From Candidatus Lachnoclostridium stercoravium (GTDB taxonomy: Bacteria > Bacillota > Clostridia > Lachnospirales > Lachnospiraceae), in assembly GCA_019118365.1 (NCBI GenBank), contig DWZA01000109.1, forward strand, positions 54,110-118,109: a stretch of DNA of 64,000 bases. The letters run 5' to 3'. Shown here in pieces: positions 46,993 through 56,534 of the stretch; the stretch's first letter is position 1; each line of letters begins with the position of its first letter. The position numbers were made by a program, and so were the translations under genes. Below the pieces are notes generated by a model that ran no database searches, was not told where the DNA came from, and worked only from the letters and a program-made list of their open reading frames with translations.

Positions 46993-47221
46993 TTCTAGTT
47001 TCCCCCTTTTGATTAGTCGTAACCGAACAGGTTACGTTTGATAATTTTCAACTCTTTTACCTTACCACGAACTATGCGAAAAATCTAATTCATTCTTCTA
47101 ATCGGGGCAATAAGCAATTCTAATTTCCTGATGATACCAGGGTCAAACGGTCGAAATTCCGATGCAAGCTTGCTTGCAAGAGGATTTTCGATCTTGGGGC
47201 CCCCAATATCATTCCCACTTC

Positions 47222-48550
47222 TTATCGTACCAGGCACGGACGCTTCGGATCAAACTTCCATCCTGGGATCAGGTACTGCATTCCCACAGCGTCGTCTCTT
47301 CCGCCCAGGCAGTTGTCCAGGTAAAGCTGATGGGCTTTGTGGATCTGGTCCATATCCACTTCGATGCCAAGGCCAGGCTTCTTCGGAACCGCCACGCAGC
47401 CGTCTACGATCTGAAGCGGTTCTTTTGTCAGGCGCTCCAGGCCTTCCTGCCAGATCCAGTGGGTATCCAGGGCGTTGTATTCTCCTGGAACTGCGGCGCC
47501 TACCTGTGTGAACATAGCCAGGGAGATATCAAAATGGTTGTTGGAATGGGATCCCCATGTATATCCGAAATCATGGCACATCTGAGCTACGCGCACAGAT
47601 CCGCTCATAGTCCAGAAATGCGGGTCAGCCAGGATGATGTCCACTGCCTGGGACTCCAGGGAATGGCCAACTTCTCTCCAGTCTGTAGCGATCATGTTGG
47701 TCGCTGTCGGGAAACCGGTGCGGCGTCTGAATTCGCTCATGATCTCTCTTCCGGAGTAAACGCCTTCAGCTCCGCAGGGATCTTCGCAATATGTAAGAAT
47801 GCCCTTCATGCCCTTTACGTACTCGATGGCATCCTTTAACAGCCAGCCTCCGTTCGGGTCCAGGTCGATCCTGGCATCCGGAAATTCTTTCTTTAACGCG
47901 CGGATCACATCCATCTCTTCATTTCCCGGAAGGACGCCGCCCTTCAGCTTGAAGTCCTGGAAACCGTATTTTTCTTTTGTCGCTTTTGCGAAAGCCACGA
48001 TCTTGTCTGCTGTCAGAGCTTCCTCGTGACGAATCCTGTACCATTCGCAGTCGGAATCCGGTTCGGAATCATATGGGAGGTCTGTCTTGTTCCTGTCCCC
48101 CACAAAGAACAAGTAGCCTAACATCCTTACCTTGTCTCTCTGCTGTCCGTCTCCTAAAAGCTCGCAGACCGGCACCTCCAGATATTTTCCAAGTAGATCC
48201 AGACACGGCGCTTCGATAGCGGTGATCACATGGACTCCTGTACGCAGGTCAAAAGTCTGGTTTCCTCTCACGTCCTCTTCGCCCTTGCTGTCCAGATACT
48301 TTTTCACCTTTAACAGCGTGCTCTTATACTCGCTGACCTTTGTTCCTTCTACTAACGGGATACATTCTTCCAGAGCTTTTGTGATCTTCTGACCTCCTGG
48401 AACTTCTCCTACTCCCAGTTCCCCGTTGTCTGCGTGAAGGATCACTACGTTTCTTGTAAAGTAGGGTGCATGGGCTCCGCTCAAGTTCAGTTCCATGCAA
48501 TCCTTGCCCGCTACTGGATAAACTTCCATTTTTGTGATAATCGGTGACAT
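47222..48550 (-). CDS. gudD: Glucarate dehydratase (enolase superfamily)
   Basis: [50 protein letters not shown]. Confidence 0.95.
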   Translation of the reverse strand: MSPIITKMEVYPVAGKDCMELNLSGAHAPYFTRNVVILHADNGELGVGEVPGGQKITKALEECIPLVEGTKVSEYKSTLLKVKKYLDSKGEEDVRGNQTFDLRTGVHVITAIEAPCLDLLGKYLEVPVCELLGDGQQRDKVRMLGYLFFVGDRNKTDLPYDSEPDSDCEWYRIRHEEALTADKIVAFAKATKEKYGFQDFKLKGGVLPGNEEMDVIRALKKEFPDARIDLDPNGGWLLKDAIEYVKGMKGILTYCEDPCGAEGVYSGREIMSEFRRRTGFPTATNMIATDWREVGHSLESQAVDIILADPHFWTMSGSVRVAQMCHDFGYTWGSHSNNHFDISLAMFTQVGAAVPGEYNALDTHWIWQEGLERLTKEPLQIVDGCVAVPKKPGLGIEVDMDQIHKAHQLYLDNCLGGRDDAVGMQYLIPGWKFDPKRPCLVR

Positions 48551-48720
48551 ATTGTGCTCCTTTCCCAAGCTGAAAGCTGTCATATTTCTGCACAACTCTC
48601 TTGATTTTTCTTGATATTATTGTATAAAATAAATATATCTTAGTCAAATTAATTAATTTGTGTTATTTACTTAGTAAAACTTATTTACAAAATTTTAACA
48701 GCGCAAAGAAGGAGGCTCCT

Positions 48721-49641
48721 ATGGATCTGAAACAATTGGAATATATCGTAAAGATCGCAGAAGAAAACAGCATAACAAAGGCTGCGGAACAGCTTTACAT
48801 CACCCAGTCTGCTTTGAACCAGCAGCTTTTAAAGCTGGAAAACGAACTTGGCACGCAGCTTTTCCACCGTTCCAAAAACGACTTCCGTCTTACGGAAGCC
48901 GGCAATATCTACGTTTCCTACGCAAAAAGGATCATTCAGCTCAAGCATGAAGCTTACGGGATCTTAAACGACCTGGCAAACAACAAGACCGGTCATCTCC
49001 GGATCGGTCTGACCCCTGAACGCGGGCTGCAGATGTTCGTGGCCGTTTATCCCAAATTTTATAAATGGTATCCGAAACTTACTATCGAACCCCTGGAAAT
49101 AAGCGTAAAAAAACAGGTATCCATGATCTCCAATGGATACCTGGACCTTGGTTTTGTCACCCTTCACAAAAGAGAAAAAGAAGGGTACGAATACGTCCAT
49201 ATCAAAGATGAAGAATTGTTTTTAGCGGTTCCCAGCTCTCATCCCCTCGCCCGTCAGGCAAACGCTCCTGGAGAGCCTCCGGCTGAGATGGACCTGGAAT
49301 ATTTCAAGCATGAGCGCTTTGCGCTGATGTTTAAGGAATCCACCATGCGCGAGGTGATCGACGAGCTTTTCCGCGAAGCCGGTTTCCTTCCCGATATCCT
49401 CTTTGAAAGCTCCAGCAACCATACCCTTCACACTATGGTAAAAAATAATCTCTGCTGCACGATCCTGCCGGAGATCTACGCGGTGGAGGACGACAAAGTC
49501 GCTTATTTCCGCCTCCCCTCCCGCCCGGTCTGGGAGATATGCGCCGTATACAAAAAAGGTTCTTATCTGACAAAGGCAGGAAAAGATTTTATCAATATGG
49601 CTTCTCTTTTCTGGAATTCTCCGGAAGGAAGCCACTGCTGA
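48721..49641 (+). CDS. LysR family transcriptional regulator
   Basis: SITKAAEQLYITQSALNQQ HTH; divergent from gudD. Confidence 0.95.
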   Translation: MDLKQLEYIVKIAEENSITKAAEQLYITQSALNQQLLKLENELGTQLFHRSKNDFRLTEAGNIYVSYAKRIIQLKHEAYGILNDLANNKTGHLRIGLTPERGLQMFVAVYPKFYKWYPKLTIEPLEISVKKQVSMISNGYLDLGFVTLHKREKEGYEYVHIKDEELFLAVPSSHPLARQANAPGEPPAEMDLEYFKHERFALMFKESTMREVIDELFREAGFLPDILFESSSNHTLHTMVKNNLCCTILPEIYAVEDDKVAYFRLPSRPVWEICAVYKKGSYLTKAGKDFINMASLFWNSPEGSHC

Positions 49642-49650
49642 AAAAAGCGC

Positions 49651-50373
49651 CTATTTTGATCGGTTTCTTATATATTCGATGACTCCCCGCGCCGACCGTT
49701 CCTCCGCCGGGATCGTAAGAAAAGGCTCGTGGATATCCGGGAGATAGTGGGCGTCGGAATTGCTGATGATCCTGCAGGTTTCCAGATATGGCTCTTTTGC
49801 CTTCAGCCTGTGCAGGTTCTTCAAATCGAAGATCTCCGCTGTTCCGAACCGGCTGTCCGGCGGAATGAATCCCAGGTTATTGATCAGGCTGTTGGCGCTT
49901 TTATCAATATGGGCCGGGAACATGACTCCGCCGTAGGAAGCCGTAAACTCCCACAGGTCGTCGAAGGAAATACTGCAGGCGTTGATCAGGAGCTTATCTA
50001 TAACGCCGCATTTTTCGTCCTGAGTATTATAGATCTCCTGTTTTCCGAAAATATCTTCCCTGTTTTTTATATCCGGAAGCCTGTCGTAGACATATCGGTC
50101 AAATTCCATGGCAGGCTCCAGATCCGGGAACAGGCAGACGGCGTGAACCTCCTCGCTGGTACAGATCTCCATGCCGGGGATCGCCAGAAGGCCGTATTCT
50201 TTCGCCGCCGCCAGGACCGCCGGACAGTTTTTGCACGTATTGTGATCCGTTACCGCTATCACAGCCAGTCCCTTGATCATAGCCATGCCTGCGATATTGG
50301 CAGGGGTCATGTCGTCGTCCCCGCAGGGGGAGGCGCAGGAATGGATGTGGAGGTCATAATAAAGATTTTCCAT
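49651..50373 (-). CDS. PHP domain phosphoesterase
   Basis: DLHIHS, TDHN, EEVH, PAHID, NSDAH. Confidence 0.9.
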   Translation of the reverse strand: MENLYYDLHIHSCASPCGDDDMTPANIAGMAMIKGLAVIAVTDHNTCKNCPAVLAAAKEYGLLAIPGMEICTSEEVHAVCLFPDLEPAMEFDRYVYDRLPDIKNREDIFGKQEIYNTQDEKCGVIDKLLINACSISFDDLWEFTASYGGVMFPAHIDKSANSLINNLGFIPPDSRFGTAEIFDLKNLHRLKAKEPYLETCRIISNSDAHYLPDIHEPFLTIPAEERSARGVIEYIRNRSK

Positions 50374-50391
50374 CTTTCACCCCTTACAACC

Positions 50392-50534
50392 GTTCAGCCG
50401 TATATCTTCCCTCCAGCACAGAATGTGCTGGAGGGAAGCCTGGGATGTCATCCCTATGCCAGGATATATGGTAAATCGCTTTTACAAGCAAGCTTGTAAC
50501 GCTCTTTATCATATATCCTGGCGCACGGCTGAAC
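50392..50534. repeat. Full-length composite GTTCAGCCG...CGGCTGAAC element (143 bp)
   Basis: Terminal IR; hairpin 1 shared with the 27670 copy; right half shared with the 39498 copy. Confidence 0.92.
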
Positions 50535-50868
50535 TGTTCTTCATATAATCGTGTATCTTCAGAGCCGCTTCAAATACCGGCTCTTCTGTTTCCATCACGC
50601 AGATCCCCTGAAGCTTTGCCTTATTGAGAGCCGCCTCGTCCAGCTTCGCGCCTTCCGCCATGACCACGCAGGCTGCATCCGCAAGGGATGCCACCGCCAG
50701 GGTGTTCATATTGGCCATAACGGTCACCCAGGCGCAGCCCGCCGGCGCCCTTCCCATAGCAATGCTCAGAAGATCGCAGCAAAATACAGCCTGGATCTGC
50801 CTGTCCATCTCCCCGCCTTCGCTCGCCAGGGAAAATATACCCTTATCCGCCAGTTCCTGAACTGTCAT
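50509..50868 (-). CDS. DRTGG domain protein
   Basis: FCCDLLS.AM, WVTV, AVASL, ACVVM..G. Confidence 0.8.
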   Translation of the reverse strand: MTVQELADKGIFSLASEGGEMDRQIQAVFCCDLLSIAMGRAPAGCAWVTVMANMNTLAVASLADAACVVMAEGAKLDEAALNKAKLQGICVMETEEPVFEAALKIHDYMKNSSAVRQDI

Positions 50869-50871
50869 AGC

Positions 50872-52260
50872 TTACTCCTTTCCATCCTCGTCCAGCTTCG
50901 CCATATCTGCGGAAAGCTTCTGTATATATCTCTGCAGAAGGCGCAGAGTCTCCTTCTCTCCCCGTTTTCCTTCCGCCATATCTTCCGCCAGAGTGGAGGC
51001 TTCCACAGAAAGCTTGTGAAGGCTGTCCTTTAACTGGTAAACGCAGTCTTCTTCCCTGGCTTCGCCGCGGACAATATCCTCTGCCAGGGCTTTACAGGTA
51101 GGCGCTCCGCAGGACCCACAGTCCAGACCGGGGAGCTTCCTTACCAGACGTTCCACCTGGTTCAGCCGCGCAAGGCTCTCCATCATCGTCGCTCCAAGGC
51201 TGAATACCGGCTCGTACACCACGTCCGAGGTCCAGTGGACAAACTGCTCCGCCTTTTCCTCTTCCATATGGCTCCTTGCGACCGGCATATATTTTCTCAG
51301 ACGTTTCAGCTTGACTGCGGAAACGTAAGGATTCTCCACAGTAAGGACCCCGCCGACGCAGCCGCCGCTGCAGGCGTTCAGCTCCACGAACTGCAGCTGG
51401 GAGAACTTCTGATCCTCCAGATCCTCCAGCACGCGGATCACGTTTTCAATGCCGTCGGCAGCCAGGTAGCTCTCCGTAAAAAGTCCGCCCGCCTCGCCGC
51501 CGGTCCTGCCCCAGCTTACGCCTATCTTTCCGCAGGTGCCGATTTCCTCCGGCTCTTCTCCTACTGCTTTCATATAAGAAAGCAGGTGAGGGTAAATATC
51601 CTTGATCGCCATCACACAGTCGATCTCGCTCTTTTCCGTACCCAATGGGGCCTTTGCATAGGTCACTTTTGACGGGCACGGAGAAATAAAGCAGATGCCG
51701 ATCTTCTCTCTTGGCAGGCCTGTCTTTTCCATCGCCCTCTGCAGCGCCAGAGAGGCGGCCACCTCTACCGGCGGGTTCAGCGGAAGCAGATGGGGGATCA
51801 GGTTCGGGAAACGGACCCGGATCAGGCGCACCACAGACGGGCATGCCGTACTGATCAGCGGCAGATCCTCCTCATGGGTGGATATGTATTCCCTGGTCGC
51901 CTCAGATACCAGCTCCGCCGCCGCTCCCACCTCAAAAACGTCGTCAAATCCCATTAATCTCAACGCGTTCAGGACAATGTTCACATCGTCCAGATTATTA
52001 AACTGGCTGTAGAGGGACGGCGCCGGAAGAGCCACCGTATACTCGTACCGCCTGATAGCATCCAGCTTGTCATACGCCGCCTGCTTGGCATGGTATGGAC
52101 AGACGCGGATGCACTCTCCGCAGTCAATGCAGAATTTTTTATTGATCCTGGCCTTTCCTCCCCTCACCCGGATCGCCTGGGTGGGACAGCGCTTGATGCA
52201 GTTTATGCATCCCCGGCACAGATCTTCGTCCAAATGTACAGAATGATAAAATTTATCCAC
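50872..52260 (-). CDS. Putative sensory (group C/D-like) [FeFe]-hydrogenase with N-terminal 2x[4Fe-4S] and C-terminal Fe-S domain
   Basis: CxxCxxCxxxCP twice; divergent H-cluster motifs STACP, SPCPSK, ELNACSGGCVGG; LPGLDCGSCGAPTC. Confidence 0.8.
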   Translation of the reverse strand: MDKFYHSVHLDEDLCRGCINCIKRCPTQAIRVRGGKARINKKFCIDCGECIRVCPYHAKQAAYDKLDAIRRYEYTVALPAPSLYSQFNNLDDVNIVLNALRLMGFDDVFEVGAAAELVSEATREYISTHEEDLPLISTACPSVVRLIRVRFPNLIPHLLPLNPPVEVAASLALQRAMEKTGLPREKIGICFISPCPSKVTYAKAPLGTEKSEIDCVMAIKDIYPHLLSYMKAVGEEPEEIGTCGKIGVSWGRTGGEAGGLFTESYLAADGIENVIRVLEDLEDQKFSQLQFVELNACSGGCVGGVLTVENPYVSAVKLKRLRKYMPVARSHMEEEKAEQFVHWTSDVVYEPVFSLGATMMESLARLNQVERLVRKLPGLDCGSCGAPTCKALAEDIVRGEAREEDCVYQLKDSLHKLSVEASTLAEDMAEGKRGEKETLRLLQRYIQKLSADMAKLDEDGKE

Positions 52261-52694
52261 TACACGTTCACCACCATCGTAATCGTCGTACCGACTCCTA
52301 ATTCCGTCTCTATCTTCATATCGTCCGAATATTTTTTCATATTCGGCAGCCCCATCCCGGCGCCAAACCCCAGCGCCCGCACTGCGTCCGGCGCGGTGGA
52401 ATATCCAGCCTGCATAGCCAGGTCGATATCCGGTATGCCGGGCCCCTGGTCCGCCAGGATCATGGTTATCGCCTCAGGAGTGATCGTCACCGTGATCTTT
52501 CCGCCTTTTGCATGGATGACCATATTGATCTCCCCTTCATACATGGCGATCGCCACCTTCCGCACTGCCTCCGGACTCACTCCCAGCTGTTTCAGCTTGC
52601 TTTTTACATCGCTGCTGGCTTCCCCTGCCCTCGTAAAATCATCAGGAGAAATCTCATATTCCAGAACGATCTGATCATCCATATCCCGTCTCAC
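52260..52694 (-). CDS. RsbT-like anti-sigma / Ser-Thr kinase (HATPase_c)
   Basis: YEGEINMVIHA, DQGPGI, GFGAGMGLPN. Confidence 0.88.
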   Translation of the reverse strand: MRRDMDDQIVLEYEISPDDFTRAGEASSDVKSKLKQLGVSPEAVRKVAIAMYEGEINMVIHAKGGKITVTITPEAITMILADQGPGIPDIDLAMQAGYSTAPDAVRALGFGAGMGLPNMKKYSDDMKIETELGVGTTITMVVNV

Positions 52695-53026
52695 CTCAAT
52701 CCTGCTTCGTAGAGCAGACCGCAGGTCTTGAACATGGAAAACGCTGTGGAAAGGATCACCATATCCTTTTCACCAGCCATCCTGCACATCTGCTCATCCG
52801 GTTTTTTGCCCCGCACAAAAATAATACAGGCCATATCCAACATCTCCGCTGTCCTGATCACCTGGGGGTTGCATAAGCCTGTCACCAATACGCTGTGATC
52901 CTCCGCAAAGGCCAGCACGTCGCTCATCATATCCGAACTGTACACGCTTCCAGCCTTTCCGCAAAGATGCTCTTTCCCCATAAGCACTTCCGCCCCAAGC
53001 ACCTTCTGAATATCCTCTACCGTCAT
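52691..53026 (-). CDS. DRTGG domain protein
   Basis: SSDMMSDVLA, LVTGL, IRTAEM, IFVRGK. Confidence 0.82.
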   Translation of the reverse strand: MTVEDIQKVLGAEVLMGKEHLCGKAGSVYSSDMMSDVLAFAEDHSVLVTGLCNPQVIRTAEMLDMACIIFVRGKKPDEQMCRMAGEKDMVILSTAFSMFKTCGLLYEAGLR

Positions 53027-53261
53027 ACTTTCATGACTCTCCCTTCTTCAAATTATCACTTGAACCGTATACTATCAGGATATCATTTCATCTGGTAATT
53101 ATCAACAGAAAGAAATTGCTTTTTTTGCTCTAAATTGTGCTTTTTCTGGTGTAAATTTTTATTTTTCTAGCATTTTATATGGAGTTATGCTAAAATGTTT
53201 CTTGTATGTTGCATAAGTCTTATTAAAATTAAAGTAACAATGTTAAGGAGGTTTTTTAAAC

Positions 53262-53753
53262 ATGGCTTCGAAAGCACAAAGCGTTCCTTTCCAGGGAACA
53301 AAAGAACAGGAAGCTGCCCTGAAAGAAACCATCGCCAGCCTCAAAGATACAAAAGGCTGTCTGATGCCTATCATGCAGAAAGCCCAGGAGATCTACGGCT
53401 ATCTTCCGATTGAAGTTCAGACCATGATCTCTGATGAGACAGGGATCCCCCTGGAAAAAATTTACGGAGTCTCTACATTTTACGCGCAGTTCGCCCTTCA
53501 GCCAAAGGGACGTTACCAGATTTCCGTCTGTCTTGGAACCGCGTGTTATGTAAAGGGATCCGGCGAGATATTCAAGAAACTGGAAGAGATCTTAGGGATC
53601 ACCAACGGACAGTGTACTCCTGACGGGAAATTCTCCCTGGATTCCTGCCGCTGCGTAGGCGCCTGCGGACTGGCTCCGGTCATGATGATCAACGACGAGG
53701 TTTACGGACGTCTGACTCCTGATCAGATCCCCGGCATCCTTGCAAAATACTGA
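53262..53753 (+). CDS. hydC: NuoE-like [2Fe-2S] subunit of electron-bifurcating hydrogenase
   Basis: YGYLP, VCLGTACYVKG, CVGACGLAP. Confidence 0.9.
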   Translation: MASKAQSVPFQGTKEQEAALKETIASLKDTKGCLMPIMQKAQEIYGYLPIEVQTMISDETGIPLEKIYGVSTFYAQFALQPKGRYQISVCLGTACYVKGSGEIFKKLEEILGITNGQCTPDGKFSLDSCRCVGACGLAPVMMINDEVYGRLTPDQIPGILAKY

Positions 53754-53759
53754 TCCTCT

Positions 53760-54317
53760 ATGCTGCCGGAAATTTCTTTAAATATATTGGATGTGGCAGA
53801 AAATTCCACCAGGGCGAAAGCCACCCTCGTTTCCATACTGGTAGAGGCCGATACCGCAGGGGACCTTTTGAAAGTCGTCATCGGCGACAATGGCTGCGGT
53901 ATGACGAAAGAACAGATCGATCATGTAACGGATCCGTTTTTCACCACAAGGACCACCCGCAAGGTGGGGCTGGGCGTTCCGTTTTTCAAGTACGCTGCGG
54001 AAAGCACTGGGGGAAGTTTTTCGATCGAATCCCAGCCGGGAACCGGAACCACCGTGACCGCTGTCTTCGTCCTTTCTCATATAGACCGGATGCCTTTGGG
54101 AGATATCTCTTCCACCATACATACTCTGATCGTTTACCATCCGGATACAGATTTTTGTTACACCTACCGCTACAATGGACGGGAGTTTACCCTGGACACC
54201 AGGCAGTTCAGGGAGATCCTTGGGGACGTGCCCTTTGATACGCCGGAAGTTTCCGCCTACATCATGGATTATCTTACAGAAAACAAAACAGACACTGACA
54301 ACGGGGCAGTATACTGA
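53760..54317 (+). CDS. HATPase_c (histidine kinase-like) ATP-binding protein
   Basis: DVAENS, DNGCGM, DPFFTT, GLG, GTGT; no HisKA or sensor domain evident. Confidence 0.85.
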   Translation: MLPEISLNILDVAENSTRAKATLVSILVEADTAGDLLKVVIGDNGCGMTKEQIDHVTDPFFTTRTTRKVGLGVPFFKYAAESTGGSFSIESQPGTGTTVTAVFVLSHIDRMPLGDISSTIHTLIVYHPDTDFCYTYRYNGREFTLDTRQFREILGDVPFDTPEVSAYIMDYLTENKTDTDNGAVY

Positions 54318-54340
54318 TCTGCCCGGAATAAGGAGGCATT

Positions 54341-54718
54341 ATGAAATCTCTTGAAGAGCTGAAAGCAATCCGCGAAAAGATGCAGAACCAGGTAAGCATG
54401 CGCGCGGAAGACCATACCCATACAAGGGTTGTCGTAGGCATGGCCACCTGCGGGATCGCCGCCGGAGCAAGGCCGGTCCTTACCACCCTTTCCAATCTGG
54501 TACAGGAAAAAGGACTTACCGACCATATCTCAGTGACGCAGACCGGCTGCATCGGCCTCTGCCAGTATGAGCCGATCGTGGAAGTCATTGAGCCCGGAAA
54601 GCCCAAGATCACCTATATCAAGATGAATCCGGCCAAGGCCGCAGAAATCGTAGATAAGCATCTGATCGGCGGCCATGTGGTTGACGAATATACCATGGCC
54701 GCAGCAGACATTAAATAA
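54341..54718 (+). CDS. Thioredoxin-like [2Fe-2S] ferredoxin subunit (HndB/HydD-like)
   Basis: VGMATCGIAAGA, TGCIGLCQYEPIV. Confidence 0.88.
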   Translation: MKSLEELKAIREKMQNQVSMRAEDHTHTRVVVGMATCGIAAGARPVLTTLSNLVQEKGLTDHISVTQTGCIGLCQYEPIVEVIEPGKPKITYIKMNPAKAAEIVDKHLIGGHVVDEYTMAAADIK

Positions 54719-54731
54719 GGAGGATTTGCCA

Positions 54732-56519
54732 ATGTATCGTTCACACGTATTAGTCTGCGGCGGAACTGGATGTACTTCCTCCGGAAGCCATAAGATTATC
54801 GACACGCTGAAAGAAGAACTGAAGAAACAGGGCCTGGAAGAGGAAGTTTCCGTGGTTCAGACCGGCTGCCACGGCCTTTGCGCTCTTGGTCCGATCATGA
54901 TCATCTACCCGGACGCCACCTTTTATTCCATGGTACAGCCGGAGGATATCCCGGAGATCGTTACTGAGCATCTTTTAAAGGGACGTCCGGTAAAACGCCT
55001 TTTATACCAGGAGACAGTTACTCCTGTAGGAGTAAAATCCCTGGCTGACACCAATTTCTATAAAAAACAGCATCGTATCGCTTTAAGAAACTGCGGTATC
55101 ATCAATCCGGAAGTGATCGAAGAATATATCGGTACCGGCGGATACGCCGCTCTTGGAAAAGTCCTTACAGAGATGACTCCGGACGACGTGATCCAGTGCC
55201 TGATGGACAGCGGCCTGCGCGGAAGAGGCGGCGGCGGCTTCCCTACCGGTTTAAAATGGAAGCTGGCCAAAGGCAACGACGCTGACCAGAAGTACGTCTG
55301 TTGCAACGCCGACGAGGGCGACCCAGGGGCGTTCATGGACCGTTCCATCCTGGAAGGCGATCCTCACGCAGTTCTGGAAGCTATGGCCATCGCCGGCTAT
55401 GCCATCGGCGCAAACCAGGGTTATATCTATGTCCGCGCGGAATATCCTATCGCTGTAAAGCGTCTTGAGATCGCCATCAAGCAGGCCAGAGAGATGGAGC
55501 TTCTTGGAAAAGACATCTTTGGCACCGGTTTTGACTTTGACATCGACCTGCGCCTCGGCGCCGGAGCTTTCGTCTGCGGCGAAGAGACTGCCCTTATGAC
55601 ATCTATCGAAGGAAACCGCGGCGAGCCAAGGCCAAGACCTCCGTATCCGGCTCAGAAAGGCCTCTTCGGAAAGCCAACTATTTTAAATAATGTAGAAACT
55701 TACGCCAATATCCCGCAGATCATCTTAAACGGACCGGAATGGTTCGCTTCCATGGGTACGGAAAAGTCCAAAGGAACCAAGGTATTCGCCCTGGGCGGCA
55801 AGATCCACAACACCGGCCTGGTAGAGATCCCTATGGGAACCACCCTTCGCGAAGTTATTGAAGAGATCGGCGGCGGCATTCCTAACGGCAAGAAGTTCAA
55901 AGCCGCCCAGACCGGCGGTCCGTCCGGCGGCTGTATCCCGGCAGAGCACTTCGACGTACCTATCGACTATGACAACCTGATCGCTATCGGCTCCATGATG
56001 GGTTCCGGCGGTCTGATCGTTATGGACGAAGACGACTGTATGGTAGATATCGCCAAGTTCTTCCTGGAATTTACCGTAGAAGAATCCTGCGGCAAATGTA
56101 CCTCCTGCCGTATCGGTACAAAACGTATGCTGGAGCTTCTGACAAAGATCACCAAGGGACAGGCTACCATGGAAGACTTAGACAAGCTGGAAGAGCTGTG
56201 CTATTACGTAAAAGCCAACTCCGCATGCGCGCTTGGCCAGACCGCTCCAAACCCGGTACTCTCCACCCTCCGTTATTTCCGTCCGGAATACGAGGCTCAT
56301 ATTAAAGAGAAACGCTGTCCTGCAGGCGTATGTAAGGCCCTTCTTTCCTTCCATATCGATCCGGATAAATGTAAGGGATGTACGCTCTGCGCACGCAACT
56401 GTCCGAATAACGCCATCATGGGCACCGTCCGCGCTCCTCACGTCATCGACCAGGAGAAATGTATCAAGTGCGGCGCCTGCATGGAAAAATGTAAATTCGG
56501 CGCGATCTACAAACAGTAA
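54732..56519 (+). CDS. hydB: NuoF-like NADH/FMN subunit of electron-bifurcating hydrogenase
   Basis: SGLRGRGGGGFP, NADEGDPGAFMDR, GAGAFVCGEETAL, ESCGKCTSCRIG, C-terminal 2x[4Fe-4S]. Confidence 0.95.
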   Translation: MYRSHVLVCGGTGCTSSGSHKIIDTLKEELKKQGLEEEVSVVQTGCHGLCALGPIMIIYPDATFYSMVQPEDIPEIVTEHLLKGRPVKRLLYQETVTPVGVKSLADTNFYKKQHRIALRNCGIINPEVIEEYIGTGGYAALGKVLTEMTPDDVIQCLMDSGLRGRGGGGFPTGLKWKLAKGNDADQKYVCCNADEGDPGAFMDRSILEGDPHAVLEAMAIAGYAIGANQGYIYVRAEYPIAVKRLEIAIKQAREMELLGKDIFGTGFDFDIDLRLGAGAFVCGEETALMTSIEGNRGEPRPRPPYPAQKGLFGKPTILNNVETYANIPQIILNGPEWFASMGTEKSKGTKVFALGGKIHNTGLVEIPMGTTLREVIEEIGGGIPNGKKFKAAQTGGPSGGCIPAEHFDVPIDYDNLIAIGSMMGSGGLIVMDEDDCMVDIAKFFLEFTVEESCGKCTSCRIGTKRMLELLTKITKGQATMEDLDKLEELCYYVKANSACALGQTAPNPVLSTLRYFRPEYEAHIKEKRCPAGVCKALLSFHIDPDKCKGCTLCARNCPNNAIMGTVRAPHVIDQEKCIKCGACMEKCKFGAIYKQ

Positions 56520-56534
56520 TGGAGGAGAACCAAT

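Noticed and set aside
48645-48660. Perfect palindrome CAAATTAATTAATTTG between gudD and lysR
   Set aside because: Almost pure A/T with low information content; it could arise by chance.
53200-53245. Possible Rex operator upstream of hydC
   Set aside because: The best match to TTGTTAA-N4-TTAACAA has several mismatches in very AT-rich DNA.
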